Shown in pieces: positions 1 through 9,294 of a stretch of DNA of 64,000 nt (within the stretch, counting starts at the first letter, position 1; every line of letters begins with the position of its first letter). The stretch spans positions 96,001-160,000 of the forward strand of contig CAVPXI010000005.1 of NCBI GenBank assembly GCA_963709585.1, written 5' to 3'. A model generated the notes under the pieces. That model saw only the letters and a program-made list of their open reading frames with translations. It was not told the DNA's origin and did not search any database. The position numbers and the translations under genes are program-made. This stretch comes from Candidatus Dormiibacterota bacterium (lineage in GTDB: Bacteria; Chloroflexota; Dormibacteria; Aeolococcales; Aeolococcaceae).

Positions 1-1
1 G

Positions 2-361
2 CACAGGGTCCACCCAGTGCCAGGCCTGCCCGGAGACGATTAGGTCGAAGACGCGGCCGCGGGGCTCCCAACGCTCGAAGGTCGCCTCCTCGACGGTGAT
101 CCCGTGGCTCCTCGCGATTGCCGCCATCGCCGGATCGGGCTCGACCCCGAGGACGTCGCATCCGCGCTCGACCAGCAACCTCGCGGCCTTCCCGGTGCCG
201 CAACCGACATCCAGGACAAGTCGCGGCGAGAGGTCCATCAGCGTGTCGATGAGTGCCGGCGGGTAGGACGGGCGGGCCTTGTCGTACAGCGCGGCCACGC
301 CCCCGAATGACAGTGCGCGCGCCCGGTCCTCGTGGATGCGTTCAGACGGGTGCTCGGACAT
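2..361 (-). CDS. Class I SAM-dependent methyltransferase (3' end runs off the window)
   Basis: Manual translation: MSEHPSERIHEDRARALSFGGVAALYDKARPSYP...VLDVGCGTGKAA...GVEPDPAM...FDLIVSGQAWHWVD. Motif I is DxGCGTG. Not in the ORF track. Confidence 0.9.
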   Translation of the reverse strand, partial: MSEHPSERIHEDRARALSFGGVAALYDKARPSYPPALIDTLMDLSPRLVLDVGCGTGKAARLLVERGCDVLGVEPDPAMAAIARSHGITVEEATFERWEPRGRVFDLIVSGQAWHWVDPV

Positions 362-369
362 CGCTCGGG

Positions 370-1696
370 TCAGCTGAGTCGCGACGGCCGCGGTGTCAGC
401 GCCGCTTCGAGGTCGGCCGCGAAGCGTACTGCGTCATCGGGTTCGAGTCGCGACGTGGTGACCCGGATGCCTCGCTGGCTGGCGATCCGGAACCGGTCCC
501 CGGCGAGCACGCCCCAGCCATGCTCCTGGAGGGCGGCAACAGTCGCGTCCTCGTGAGCCACCGGGACCCAGACGTTGAGGCCCGAGCGGCCGTGGGAACT
601 CGATGCCGCGGGCGCCGAGCGCTTCGCGAAGCGCGTCGCGGCGGCGCGTGTAGGTGGCAGCGACCTGCTGCGCACGATCCGCCTCACGGGGGTCGCTCCA
701 GATCCGAACGACCAGCCGTTGGAGGAGATGGGACACCCATCCGGCGGCAAGCAGGCGGCGACCTTCGACGCGCGCCACCGTGGTCGCGTCACCCGCCATG
801 ATGGCGAGACGCAGGTCCGGTCCCAGCGACTTCGAAACCGACCGGAGATGCGCCCAGCGAGCCCGCCCCGGCTCACACAGCGAGTGGCATGGACGTTCTG
901 TGATGTCGAAGGCGTGATCATCTTCGAGCACCAGCACCCCCGGATGGCGGGCGAGCACCGCACGGAGCTCGTCGGCTCGTTCGGCGTCGATCGCGGAACC
1001 GTAAGGGTTCTGAGCACGAGGTGTGAGAGCGCATGCGACGGCGCCGGCGCGCAGCGCCCGGGCGAGACCCTCGGCGGTCGGACCACGGTCATCGATCGCC
1101 ACCGGGAGCACGGTCAGACCGAGCGCGGACGCGAGATCGATCACTCCGGGGTAGCAGGGGTCCTCGACGGCGATCCGATCGCCGGGACGGAGGTGAGCGA
1201 GGAGCGCGAGTTGAATGCCATCGAGCGCACCCCCGACGACGGTCAGATGATCGCTCGGCACGCTGTCACGGTCGAGACGGGCCGACGCCAGGGCGAGCAG
1301 CTCGGAGTCGGAGCCCGCGGCCCCATACAGAACCGGCTCGTGGGGCAGCTCGACGAACGCGGACGCGAGATCGGGCAGAAGCGCCGGGTCCGGGTTGCCG
1401 GAGAGCAGGTCGACGACACCGGCAGGCACGATCGGCCGGCCGCGCGGCGACGGAGGGACACGCGGGGCAATGGTGGTGCCGAGCCGGCCGGCCCCGGCGA
1501 CGAGTCCACGACGGCGCAGCTCCCGGTACGCGGACGCGACGGTCGCGGTGCTGATCCCGCGATGGGAGGCGAGCGATCGGACGGTCGGCAGACGCGTCCC
1601 AGCGGTGAGCTCGCCGTCGCGGATGCCACGCTCGACGCTCTCCGCGATCTCAGACGCCCGTCGCCCGGTGATGTGATAACGTATCGGTACGTTCAT
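370..1696 (-). CDS. MocR/GabR-family regulator (GntR HTH plus PLP aminotransferase domain); one frameshift near 596-601, probably a sequencing error
   Basis: N-terminal LPTVRSLASHRGISTATVASAYRELRRRG; AQNPYG, EDDH and SVSKSLGPDLR motifs. The C-terminus (SGLNVWVP...GIRVTTS) continues in the 370..1092 frame. Confidence 0.9.
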
Positions 1697-1699
1697 CGT

Positions 1700-1715
1700 T
1701 TTGTATTATAACAAA
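1700..1715. promoter_or_regulatory. Inverted repeat TTTGT-N6-ACAAA, candidate MocR operator overlapping divergent leaderless promoters
   Basis: tttgtattataacaaa in the 18-bp AT-rich gap between the divergent start codons at 1696 and 1715. Confidence 0.55.
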
Positions 1716-2665
1716 TGACTTCGCGCGTGTCCACACCCCAGGCTTCTCGGGCCCAGATCGTGATCGCCTTTGCCGCGGTGTACGTCATCTGGGGTTCGAC
1801 GTACCTGACGATCCACATCGCCATCGAGACCATTCCCGCGTTGCTGATGTCGGGCGCGCGGTTCATCCTCGCCGGGCTGCTGCTGCTGGCGTTCTCGCAT
1901 CGCCCCGGAGCGCCCCGGGAGCGGCTCACGCCCATCCACTGGCGATCCGCGCTGATCATCGGCGGGTGTCTGCTGCTCTTCGGCAACGGCGGGGTCGCCT
2001 GGGGCGAGCAGTACCTGCCGAGTGGATTCGTCGCGCTCATCATCGCTACGGTCCCGCTCTGGATGGCGCTGTTCGCCCCGGCGTTCGGCGGGCGCTGGAT
2101 CAACTGGACGGCGGCGATCGGCATCGCGCTCGGGCTCGCCGGGATCGTCCTGCTCGTCCGTCCGGGCGGCGGCGCGGGGCACTGGCAGACGCTCGTGGTG
2201 CTGCTCGCGCCGCTCCTCTGGGCGCTCGGTTCGCTGTACGCGCGTGACGCACCGGCACCCCGCCAGCCGCTCACCGCGGTGGGGATGGAGATGATCGCCG
2301 GCGGTGCGCTGCTGAGCATCGCCGGTGTTGCGACCGGAGAGCTCGGCCACGTCCACCTCGGCAACGTGTCCTTCGCCTCCGTTGCCGCCTTCATCTACCT
2401 GGTGCTCATCGGTGCGCTCGTCGGCTACGTCGCGTACATCTGGCTCCTGCACCATGTTTCGGTCACCGCGGCATCCACGTACGCATTCGTCAACCCGGTC
2501 GTCGCGGTCGCGCTCGGAGCGATCGTGCTCGGCGAGGCGGTGACCCCGCTCACACTGGTCGCGGCGGCGCTCATCGTCGGCGCGGTCGTCCTGCTCCTGA
2601 TCGGTCAGAGTCGCAAATCCCAGCCCGCCATCGCACTCGAGGTGCCGGTCCGCGAGGTCGCCTGA
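1715..2665 (+). CDS. EamA/DMT family transporter (YedA-like)
   Basis: VYVIWGSTY, about 10 TM helices, YAFVNPVVAVALG. Confidence 0.92.
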   Translation: MTSRVSTPQASRAQIVIAFAAVYVIWGSTYLTIHIAIETIPALLMSGARFILAGLLLLAFSHRPGAPRERLTPIHWRSALIIGGCLLLFGNGGVAWGEQYLPSGFVALIIATVPLWMALFAPAFGGRWINWTAAIGIALGLAGIVLLVRPGGGAGHWQTLVVLLAPLLWALGSLYARDAPAPRQPLTAVGMEMIAGGALLSIAGVATGELGHVHLGNVSFASVAAFIYLVLIGALVGYVAYIWLLHHVSVTAASTYAFVNPVVAVALGAIVLGEAVTPLTLVAAALIVGAVVLLLIGQSRKSQPAIALEVPVREVA

Positions 2666-2700
2666 CCGCGTCCCCTCGAGACAGGGGTGACAATGGGCGC

Positions 2701-3402
2701 ATGGACAGCGAGACCGTGATCGTCGACGCCGCCGCGGAGCCGCGTCGACCGCGTCCTCGCATCGGCGTCAAGGACGTGCTCTGCGTCGGGCCGATCATCG
2801 CGAACACGATCTATTACTACGCGGGGCTGCCGCTGACACCACTCCTGCTTGGGCGCAACCCCGTGCTGCTCAGCGCGCTTCGCGGCAGCATCGCCTCCAT
2901 GGTGGCTGCGGGAGGATTCGCGCGGGTCGGCAGGGCGCCCATCCTGCTGGCGCTGATCGCGCCGATCCCGATCTCGATGATGACCGACCCATTCTTCTTC
3001 TGGGCGGGAAAACGATATGGCCGCGGCCTGATCAACTACCTGAGCGCGTCGGACCCCCGCTGGCGCAAACGAGCCGCGCGGGGGGAACGCTTCTTCAAGA
3101 AATACGGGGTGTGGACGATCGTGCTCGCGCCATTCCTGCCCGCGCCCTCGCCGCTCTTCTACATGGCGGCAGGCGAAGCTGGAATGCCATTCGCCATCTT
3201 CATCGCGGCTGACCTGATCGGCACCCTCGCGTACATCGGGCTGATCGTCGCCGCGGGCTGGGCCATCGGCCAGCCGGCCGTGACCGTCGCGCAGACGATC
3301 AGCAATTACGCGCTCTGGGTCATCGTGGGGACGGTGGTGCTCATCATCGCGTGGTCAACATGGTCGTCATGGCGCGTCCCTCGCGGAATGACGAGGCCCT
3401 GA
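2701..3402 (+). CDS. DedA/VTT (SNARE-associated) family membrane protein
   Basis: DPFFFWAGKRYG, ERFFKKYGVWTIVLAPFLP, AAGEAGMPFAIFIAADLIG. Confidence 0.8.
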   Translation: MDSETVIVDAAAEPRRPRPRIGVKDVLCVGPIIANTIYYYAGLPLTPLLLGRNPVLLSALRGSIASMVAAGGFARVGRAPILLALIAPIPISMMTDPFFFWAGKRYGRGLINYLSASDPRWRKRAARGERFFKKYGVWTIVLAPFLPAPSPLFYMAAGEAGMPFAIFIAADLIGTLAYIGLIVAAGWAIGQPAVTVAQTISNYALWVIVGTVVLIIAWSTWSSWRVPRGMTRP

Positions 3403-3905
3403 GCCCCGCCGCCGGGCCGGTCGCGACGCGGCGATGGCTGGTGGTCGTGGCCGCGGTGCTCGCGCCGATCGCGCTCGGAGCGCTCATCACGGTGGTGCTC
3501 TTCGCGACTCGCGCACAGCCTGTGGTCGCCCGGCCGGCGGCATCGGAGCCGGCCGGTGACATCCAACAACACGACGGGGCACTGCTGATAGTGCAGCCGA
3601 AGACGACCGCGCAGGTTCGCCTCCCGTTGGGCACCAGCGTTGAGATTGTGCTGCTGCCCGGCCTGGGCGAGACCGTCGAGTCCGCCAACCCCGACATCCT
3701 CACGGCAACCGCGAGTCCCCCGTGCCACCTCACAGCAATCTGCGGATTTCCGGGCGCCCAGGTCTGGACGTTCCGGGCGATACACGCCGGGGTGGGCTAC
3801 TTGAAGATCATCTTCGGGTTCAGGGTCTGCCAGCAGGACGGATGCACCACCACGCCCTACGTGTTCAAGCCGATCGCGGTGTACTCTCGACCTCAGGCTG
3901 GCTGA
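3369..3905 (+). CDS. Membrane-anchored hypothetical protein with a Cys-containing beta-rich extracellular domain
   Basis: One N-terminal TM segment followed by beta-strand patterns and 4 Cys; fills the gap between DedA and kynU. Start uncertain. Confidence 0.6.
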   Translation: MARPSRNDEALSPAAGPVATRRWLVVVAAVLAPIALGALITVVLFATRAQPVVARPAASEPAGDIQQHDGALLIVQPKTTAQVRLPLGTSVEIVLLPGLGETVESANPDILTATASPPCHLTAICGFPGAQVWTFRAIHAGVGYLKIIFGFRVCQQDGCTTTPYVFKPIAVYSRPQAG

Positions 3906-3907
3906 GC

Positions 3908-5159
3908 TCAGGGAATCGCGACCTCCTCGCGATACTTCGGCAGCCGGCTGGTGCCGCTCTCGACGACCTCGGCGATTCGCTCGGCGGCATCCCACAGGTC
4001 GACAAACCGTGTGTAGAGGGGAGCGAGTCCGAAGCGACACATGTCCGGCGGCCGGAAGTCGCCGATCACACCGCGATCCGCGACCGCACGCACGACCGCG
4101 AGGCCGTCCGCGTGCCGCAGCGAGACCTGAGCGCCGCGGCGTTCGGGCGAGCCGGGAGTCGCGACCTCGAAACCGAGCGCGTCGAGGCGCGCGTGCGCGA
4201 GACGTATGAAGACCTCGGTGAGCATCGCCGCCTTGTCCCCGATGGCGCGGGATCCGGCCTCGAGCTGAAGGTCGACGCCGACGGCGAGCGCGCCGATCGC
4301 CAGCACCGGCGGTGATCCGCTCATCCAGCCCCGTATTCCGGGGGCGCGACGGTACTCGGAGTTGAACAGGAATGGGTTGTCGTGGCCCAGCCATCCCTGG
4401 ATCGGGTTGCGCAGCTCCTCCTGCAGCGCGGTCGCGACGTACAGGTACGCCGGTGATCCGGGGCCGCCGTTGAGGTATTTGTAGCCGCATCCCACCGCCA
4501 GGTCGACGCGGTGGTGATTGAGCCGGATCTCGACAGCACCCGCGGAGTGCGAGAGATCCCAGAGCACAAGCGCGCCGGCAGCGTGCGCGGCTTCGGTGAG
4601 CGCGCCCATGTCGTGGCGCGCGCCGGTCCGGAAGTCGACCTCGGTCAGGATGAGCAGCGCGGTATCACCGTCTAGCGCGTCACCGAGCTCGGAGCGGTCG
4701 ACCGCGCGAACCTCGCAGCCCAGCAGCTCGGCGACGCCGGCGGCTATGTAGAGATCGGTGGGGAAATTGCTCCGCTCGGTGACGATCACACGGCGCTGCG
4801 GCCGCGCCTGCACCACCGACGTCATCAGACGGAACAGCCCCACCGATGTCGTGTCCGCGACCAGCACTTCCCCGGGAGACGCGCCGATCAGCTCGCCGAT
4901 GCGGTCACCGACGCGCAGCGGCGACTCCATCCATCCCGAACTCGGTCCAGCCGCGGACGAGGATCGTTCCCCATTCGTGCTCGGCCATGTTCCGCAACCG
5001 CGACACCGCAGCCTTGGGCAAGCGTCCCATCGAGTTGCCGTCGAGGTAGATCGTGGTGCCGTCGTGGAGGAAGCGATCGCGGAACGCGGCGAGCGGGTCC
5101 TGGGCGTCGAGCGCGACGCACGAGTTGCGGTCGAGAGTGTCAGGAAGTTGAGTGATCAC
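3908..5159 (-). CDS. kynU: Kynureninase; frameshift near 4938-4943, probably a sequencing error
   Basis: IYLDGNSMG in ORF 4905..5159; WDLSHSAG, GCGYKYLNGGPG and DFRPPD in ORF 3908..4930. Confidence 0.93.
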
Positions 5160-5929
5160 AGACGATTCCGTACCTCCCAGAGCTCGGGGAAGAATCGCAG
5201 CCCGATCGTGGTGTCGAGATAGGCCACTCCGCCGCCGCCGGTGCCGGGGCGGGATCCGATCTCACGCGCGGCCATGAGCGCGTGCTGAAAGCGCCAGCGG
5301 GAGATCGCCTCGTCGTGATCGAGGAGCAGCTCGCAGACATGATGGAGGACCGCCCGTTCCGCGCTCGCGTGGTCGCGATACAACCACGCGAGCGCGTCGA
5401 GGCGGCGCTCGCGAAGCTCGGTGCCGGCGCCGTCGGGAGCATCGAGACCGTGGGCGCGCAACGACGCGCAGAGTGCGGTGTACAGCGTCGGCGAGCCGGC
5501 ACGTCGCCGCAACTCCTCGCGGTCGTGCTCCGACAGTTGCGAGGCACCGGCCGGCAACGCCCCGTCGAGGCCCCCGAGGACCTCGATCGCTCGAAACTGT
5601 CCCGATTGCAGTCCGGAGGCAGGTTTGAGTGGATCGCGGAACTCGAGAAATCCCTCCGGCGTCAGCGTCTCGAGCACGCGCAATTGCAGGATCAGCAACT
5701 CGTCGATGCGGGTGCTTCGGTGCAACGGTGCCATCGCGCCCTGTGGGCGGCCGGCCTGCAGCTCCGCAACCGCGCGGTCGAGCTCGTGGAGGATGACCTT
5801 GAACCAGAGCTCATAGGCCTGATGAATGACCACGAACAGCAGCTCGTCGTGCGCGCCCTCGGTGAGCGGATGCTGGAGATCGAGCAGCTCGTCGATGCGC
5901 AGGTACGAGCTGTAGTCAGTACCGGCCAT
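5156..5929 (-). CDS. kynA: Tryptophan 2,3-dioxygenase
   Basis: YSSYLRIDELLDLQ, HDELLFVVIHQAYELWFK, ASGLQSGQFR, GTGGGGVAYL, FFPELW. Confidence 0.95.
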   Translation of the reverse strand: MAGTDYSSYLRIDELLDLQHPLTEGAHDELLFVVIHQAYELWFKVILHELDRAVAELQAGRPQGAMAPLHRSTRIDELLILQLRVLETLTPEGFLEFRDPLKPASGLQSGQFRAIEVLGGLDGALPAGASQLSEHDREELRRRAGSPTLYTALCASLRAHGLDAPDGAGTELRERRLDALAWLYRDHASAERAVLHHVCELLLDHDEAISRWRFQHALMAAREIGSRPGTGGGGVAYLDTTIGLRFFPELWEVRNRL

Positions 5930-5991
5930 GACCGCGCCGGCACTCTACGCTCATTGCCGCCGCCCCCCGGCGGCGTGGCCGCATCTGAAAC

Positions 5992-7026
5992 TCATGACGC
6001 TCGGGTGACCAGGATGTCATCCAGCGAGAACTCCTCCGGTGGCGAGAGTTGATCGAAGTCGCAGGAGCGCGGAGCCTTGTCGGGTCGCCAGCGGAGGAAT
6101 CGCGAGGCGTGGCGGAAGCGGCCGCTCTGCAGGTGGTCGAACGACACCTCGCACACGAGCTCCGGGCTCACCGACGTCCACGCGCTGTCGGCGGAACGCT
6201 GCCAGCGGCTCGGACCTCCCGGGGTTCGCCCCTGACCAAAGCTGTCGCCGCCGACGAGCGGTTGGAGTTGCTCGAGAATCGCCCGTCGCTCGGCGGCGTC
6301 GAACGACGAAGTGTGTCCGACGTGATGGAGGGCGCCGTCGCCGTCGTACAGGCCGAGCAGCAACGAGCCGATGCCACGCCCGTCCTTGGCGAGCCGGTAC
6401 CCGCCGACCACGCAGTCGACGGTGCGCAGATGCTTGACCTTCACCCAGCGCCGCTCCCCCGGGCGGTACGTGCCGGCCGGGTCCTTCGCGACGACGCCGT
6501 CCAGCCCAGCCCCCTCGTAGCGCGTGAACCAGGTGGTCGCCTCATCCGGATCGGTGGTCTGCGGGGTGACGCCGACTGTTCGACTGCTCGCGATCGCCTG
6601 CATCAAAAGACCGCGCCGTTCCTCGAGCGGGCGCTCGCGCAGGTCGTCCACGTCGAACGCCAGCAGGTCGAAGAGGACCACCGACGCGGGCGTCTTCTCG
6701 GACAGCATCCGAACCCGGGACGCGGCGGGATGGATGCGCTGCTGGAGCGCGTCGAAGTCGAGTCCGTGCTCAGTTGCGATGACGATCTCGCCGTCGACGA
6801 TCGCGCGCTCGGGGAGGGCGACCTGGAGCGGTTGAATCAGCTCCGGGAAGTACCGTTCGAGTGCCAGCGCGTTCCGGCTCGCGATATGGACGCTGGGCCC
6901 GTCGCGAAACACGATGGCCCGGAATCCATCCCACTTCGGCTCGTAGAGCCACCCCCCCTCTCGGGGTATCTCTGGAGCGGCGCGGGCCAACATCGGCTCG
7001 AGCGGCGGGTCGAAGGGGAGCGACAC
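5992..7026 (-). CDS. ATP-dependent DNA ligase (LigC type)
   Basis: YEPKWDGFR adenylation motif, DGEIV, GLDGVVAK, WVKVKH, OB fold ending RWRPDK. Confidence 0.93.
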   Translation of the reverse strand: MSLPFDPPLEPMLARAAPEIPREGGWLYEPKWDGFRAIVFRDGPSVHIASRNALALERYFPELIQPLQVALPERAIVDGEIVIATEHGLDFDALQQRIHPAASRVRMLSEKTPASVVLFDLLAFDVDDLRERPLEERRGLLMQAIASSRTVGVTPQTTDPDEATTWFTRYEGAGLDGVVAKDPAGTYRPGERRWVKVKHLRTVDCVVGGYRLAKDGRGIGSLLLGLYDGDGALHHVGHTSSFDAAERRAILEQLQPLVGGDSFGQGRTPGGPSRWQRSADSAWTSVSPELVCEVSFDHLQSGRFRHASRFLRWRPDKAPRSCDFDQLSPPEEFSLDDILVTRAS

Positions 7027-7059
7027 ACGCGGAGTGTCGCCGATTGCGTCGTGCCCCGG

Positions 7060-7485
7060 CTACGCGGAGAGGACGCGCGGTCGCGAGTCGCGGATACGAA
7101 GCCGGAGCAGGTTGTCGACGTCGGCGACATCGCCGAGCTCGCGGACGGCGGTCTCGAATCGTGTGATGTCGCTGAGCTCGTCGACCTCACCGCGAAGGGT
7201 GATCACACCGCGGCTTGCGCGGATCTCCAGCCCGGTGGCGAGGTCGCCGAAGCCCGTTGAGAGGGCAACGCGGACGCGGTTGGCGAGCGTCTCATCCCAG
7301 CTGGTTGCCCCGGCCCGGCGTGGACGCCTGTCGACCGCCGAGCCGACGAGGGAGGCGACCCCGGCGGTGGCGCGGCGGGCCGCCACGCGGCGGCGCGCTC
7401 CCGAGCGCGGATGCAGGAGAAATGCGGCGGCTGCGACGACTGCGGCGCCGGTGGCTGCTGCCGCGAGCTTGAGAACCCGGGTCAC
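7060..7485 (-). CDS. BON domain protein with N-terminal membrane anchor
   Basis: DETLANRVRVAL...GVITLRGEV...VADVDNLL. Confidence 0.75.
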   Translation of the reverse strand: MTRVLKLAAAATGAAVVAAAAFLLHPRSGARRRVAARRATAGVASLVGSAVDRRPRRAGATSWDETLANRVRVALSTGFGDLATGLEIRASRGVITLRGEVDELSDITRFETAVRELGDVADVDNLLRLRIRDSRPRVLSA

Positions 7486-7563
7486 TGGGGGAACCCTCCG
7501 GTGGAGTGTGTGCAGGAGCGCTCGTTCAAACGTTCCGCGGGCCGGGTGGTTACGCGGGCCGGG

Positions 7564-7914
7564 CTAAGACGTCGGCGGTGGGAAATGACGGACATCCGTC
7601 CATCTGACGCCGTCCCACCAGCGCAGGGTTCCCGACCCGGCCTCCGGATACCAACCCGGCGGCGGCGGCGGCACTGAGCCCGCGCGGCGGAACACCTCGT
7701 CGCGCTTGGCGAAGCGCCACACCAGCGACCCGATGATGCCTCCGAGGATGACGATGAGCAGCCACACGATCTTCTCGCTGCCGGCTGCGCGGAACGGCGA
7801 GTCGGGGATCTTGGCCACCTCCACGATGACCACGATCCAGTACACGAATGCCGCGATCCAGATTGCAAGGAACACGATGGGGAACAAGAGGAACGCGGGA
7901 GAGACGATCACCAC
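7564..7914 (-). CDS. Small membrane protein (PLDc_N-like hairpin plus DUF2510-like motif)
   Basis: EKIVWLLIVILGGIIGSLVW followed by PPGWYPE...LRWWDGVRWT. Confidence 0.75.
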   Translation of the reverse strand: MVIVSPAFLLFPIVFLAIWIAAFVYWIVVIVEVAKIPDSPFRAAGSEKIVWLLIVILGGIIGSLVWRFAKRDEVFRRAGSVPPPPPGWYPEAGSGTLRWWDGVRWTDVRHFPPPTS

Positions 7915-8012
7915 CGGCGGCGATCTCGCATCCGCCCAGCTTAGGAGGAATCAGGGGGCTTCGCTGAAACCGTTCCCGGGGCCCGGCGACTGCGGCTCAG
8001 CTTGAGGCTGGG

Positions 8013-9080
8013 CTAACGACGACGGATCGTCAACTCCCGGATTCGCGCGAACGCAGCGGCGGCGACCGTGCCCGCTGCCATCGGTGGAAAGGGCCACACC
8101 GCGCTGACGTTGATCTCGCACAGGACGTACGTGTTCTCCCCGGACGACGTTCTGGGTCCGTAGAGAAAGTCGGCGTCCCAGATGACGGGCAGCGACTCGC
8201 GATCGATGCCGAGGACACTGGTCATCCGCGGCACCCATTCGTTCTGCATGTGGTTTCGCAGTCGCTGATAGGCGGGGGCATCAGGACCCATCATCGGCGA
8301 TGATGCCGCGGCGGTGCGGAGGCTCTCGGGGTTGAGCAGGCCTTGGGGCCACTGATGGCAGAATCCCACCACCTCGTCGAGGGACAGATAACAGCGGATC
8401 ATCCCTTCGACCAACCGTTCCTGAAACGCTTGAGCCACGAGACAGCCGGACCATGCGAAGTACTCGTCGCAGCGGGCCATGAACGCACCGAGGCTCGTCT
8501 GCTCCGAAGATCCGTCCCGCGAGCGCGCGTCCTGGACGCGGACCTGAGCGTGCGGGTCTGACGCCGTGCGCGGGTCGATCAGCTGGATCTTCCACACGCC
8601 GTTGCCGCCGTTGCCTCTGCCCTGCTTCAGGACGGCTCGACCGCGTTCACCGAGCCAGGACGTGAAACGCTGGGCGAACTCTTCGGGCGTGCGGTAGAGA
8701 TCGACGTCGCCGCCGCAGCCGACGTTCCTGGTGCTGAACAGCACTTCCTTGGTCCCGAGCTTCAGGATGACGGCCGGATGGGCGGAGACCCAGACGCCTC
8801 GGGAAGCGACGTCGAGAAGCAGTGCGTCGAGGTTCCTTCGGTTGGCACCGTCCTGAATCGGATTGACCCAGACCAGGACCCCGTCGAGCGCGAGCAACTC
8901 GTCGCGAATCTCGTCGACGGCGCCGTCCTCGAACACCACCGGTCGCAGCTCCACAGGGAGCCGTGACAACGCCTCATAGAGCGGTGCGAGGCCGTGGCGT
9001 TCCTCAGGCTTCGACGGCCTGGCGCTTCGGTCGTCGCGCCACAGGATGCCGATGCGCAGTGGCGGTTTCGATTCGTTCAA
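8013..9080 (-). CDS. Cj0069-family ATP-grasp-like protein
   Basis: DGVLVWVNP, SAHPAVILKLGTK, VLKQGRGNGGNGVW, LPVIWDADF, YVLCEINVSAV. Confidence 0.8.
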   Translation of the reverse strand: MNESKPPLRIGILWRDDRSARPSKPEERHGLAPLYEALSRLPVELRPVVFEDGAVDEIRDELLALDGVLVWVNPIQDGANRRNLDALLLDVASRGVWVSAHPAVILKLGTKEVLFSTRNVGCGGDVDLYRTPEEFAQRFTSWLGERGRAVLKQGRGNGGNGVWKIQLIDPRTASDPHAQVRVQDARSRDGSSEQTSLGAFMARCDEYFAWSGCLVAQAFQERLVEGMIRCYLSLDEVVGFCHQWPQGLLNPESLRTAAASSPMMGPDAPAYQRLRNHMQNEWVPRMTSVLGIDRESLPVIWDADFLYGPRTSSGENTYVLCEINVSAVWPFPPMAAGTVAAAAFARIRELTIRRR

Positions 9081-9108
9081 GCTAACCCTCGCCTCCGCCG
9101 GGAGCGGC

Positions 9109-9186
<78 letters not shown>

Positions 9187-9294
9187 GCGCCAGAGCCGTG
9201 ACTGTACCCCATGCGGCCTCAGCCAATACCGCACCACGCCGCATGGGCCGATCGCGGCATGATTCAAGCTCAGAGGCTCAACGGAGGTGGATCC

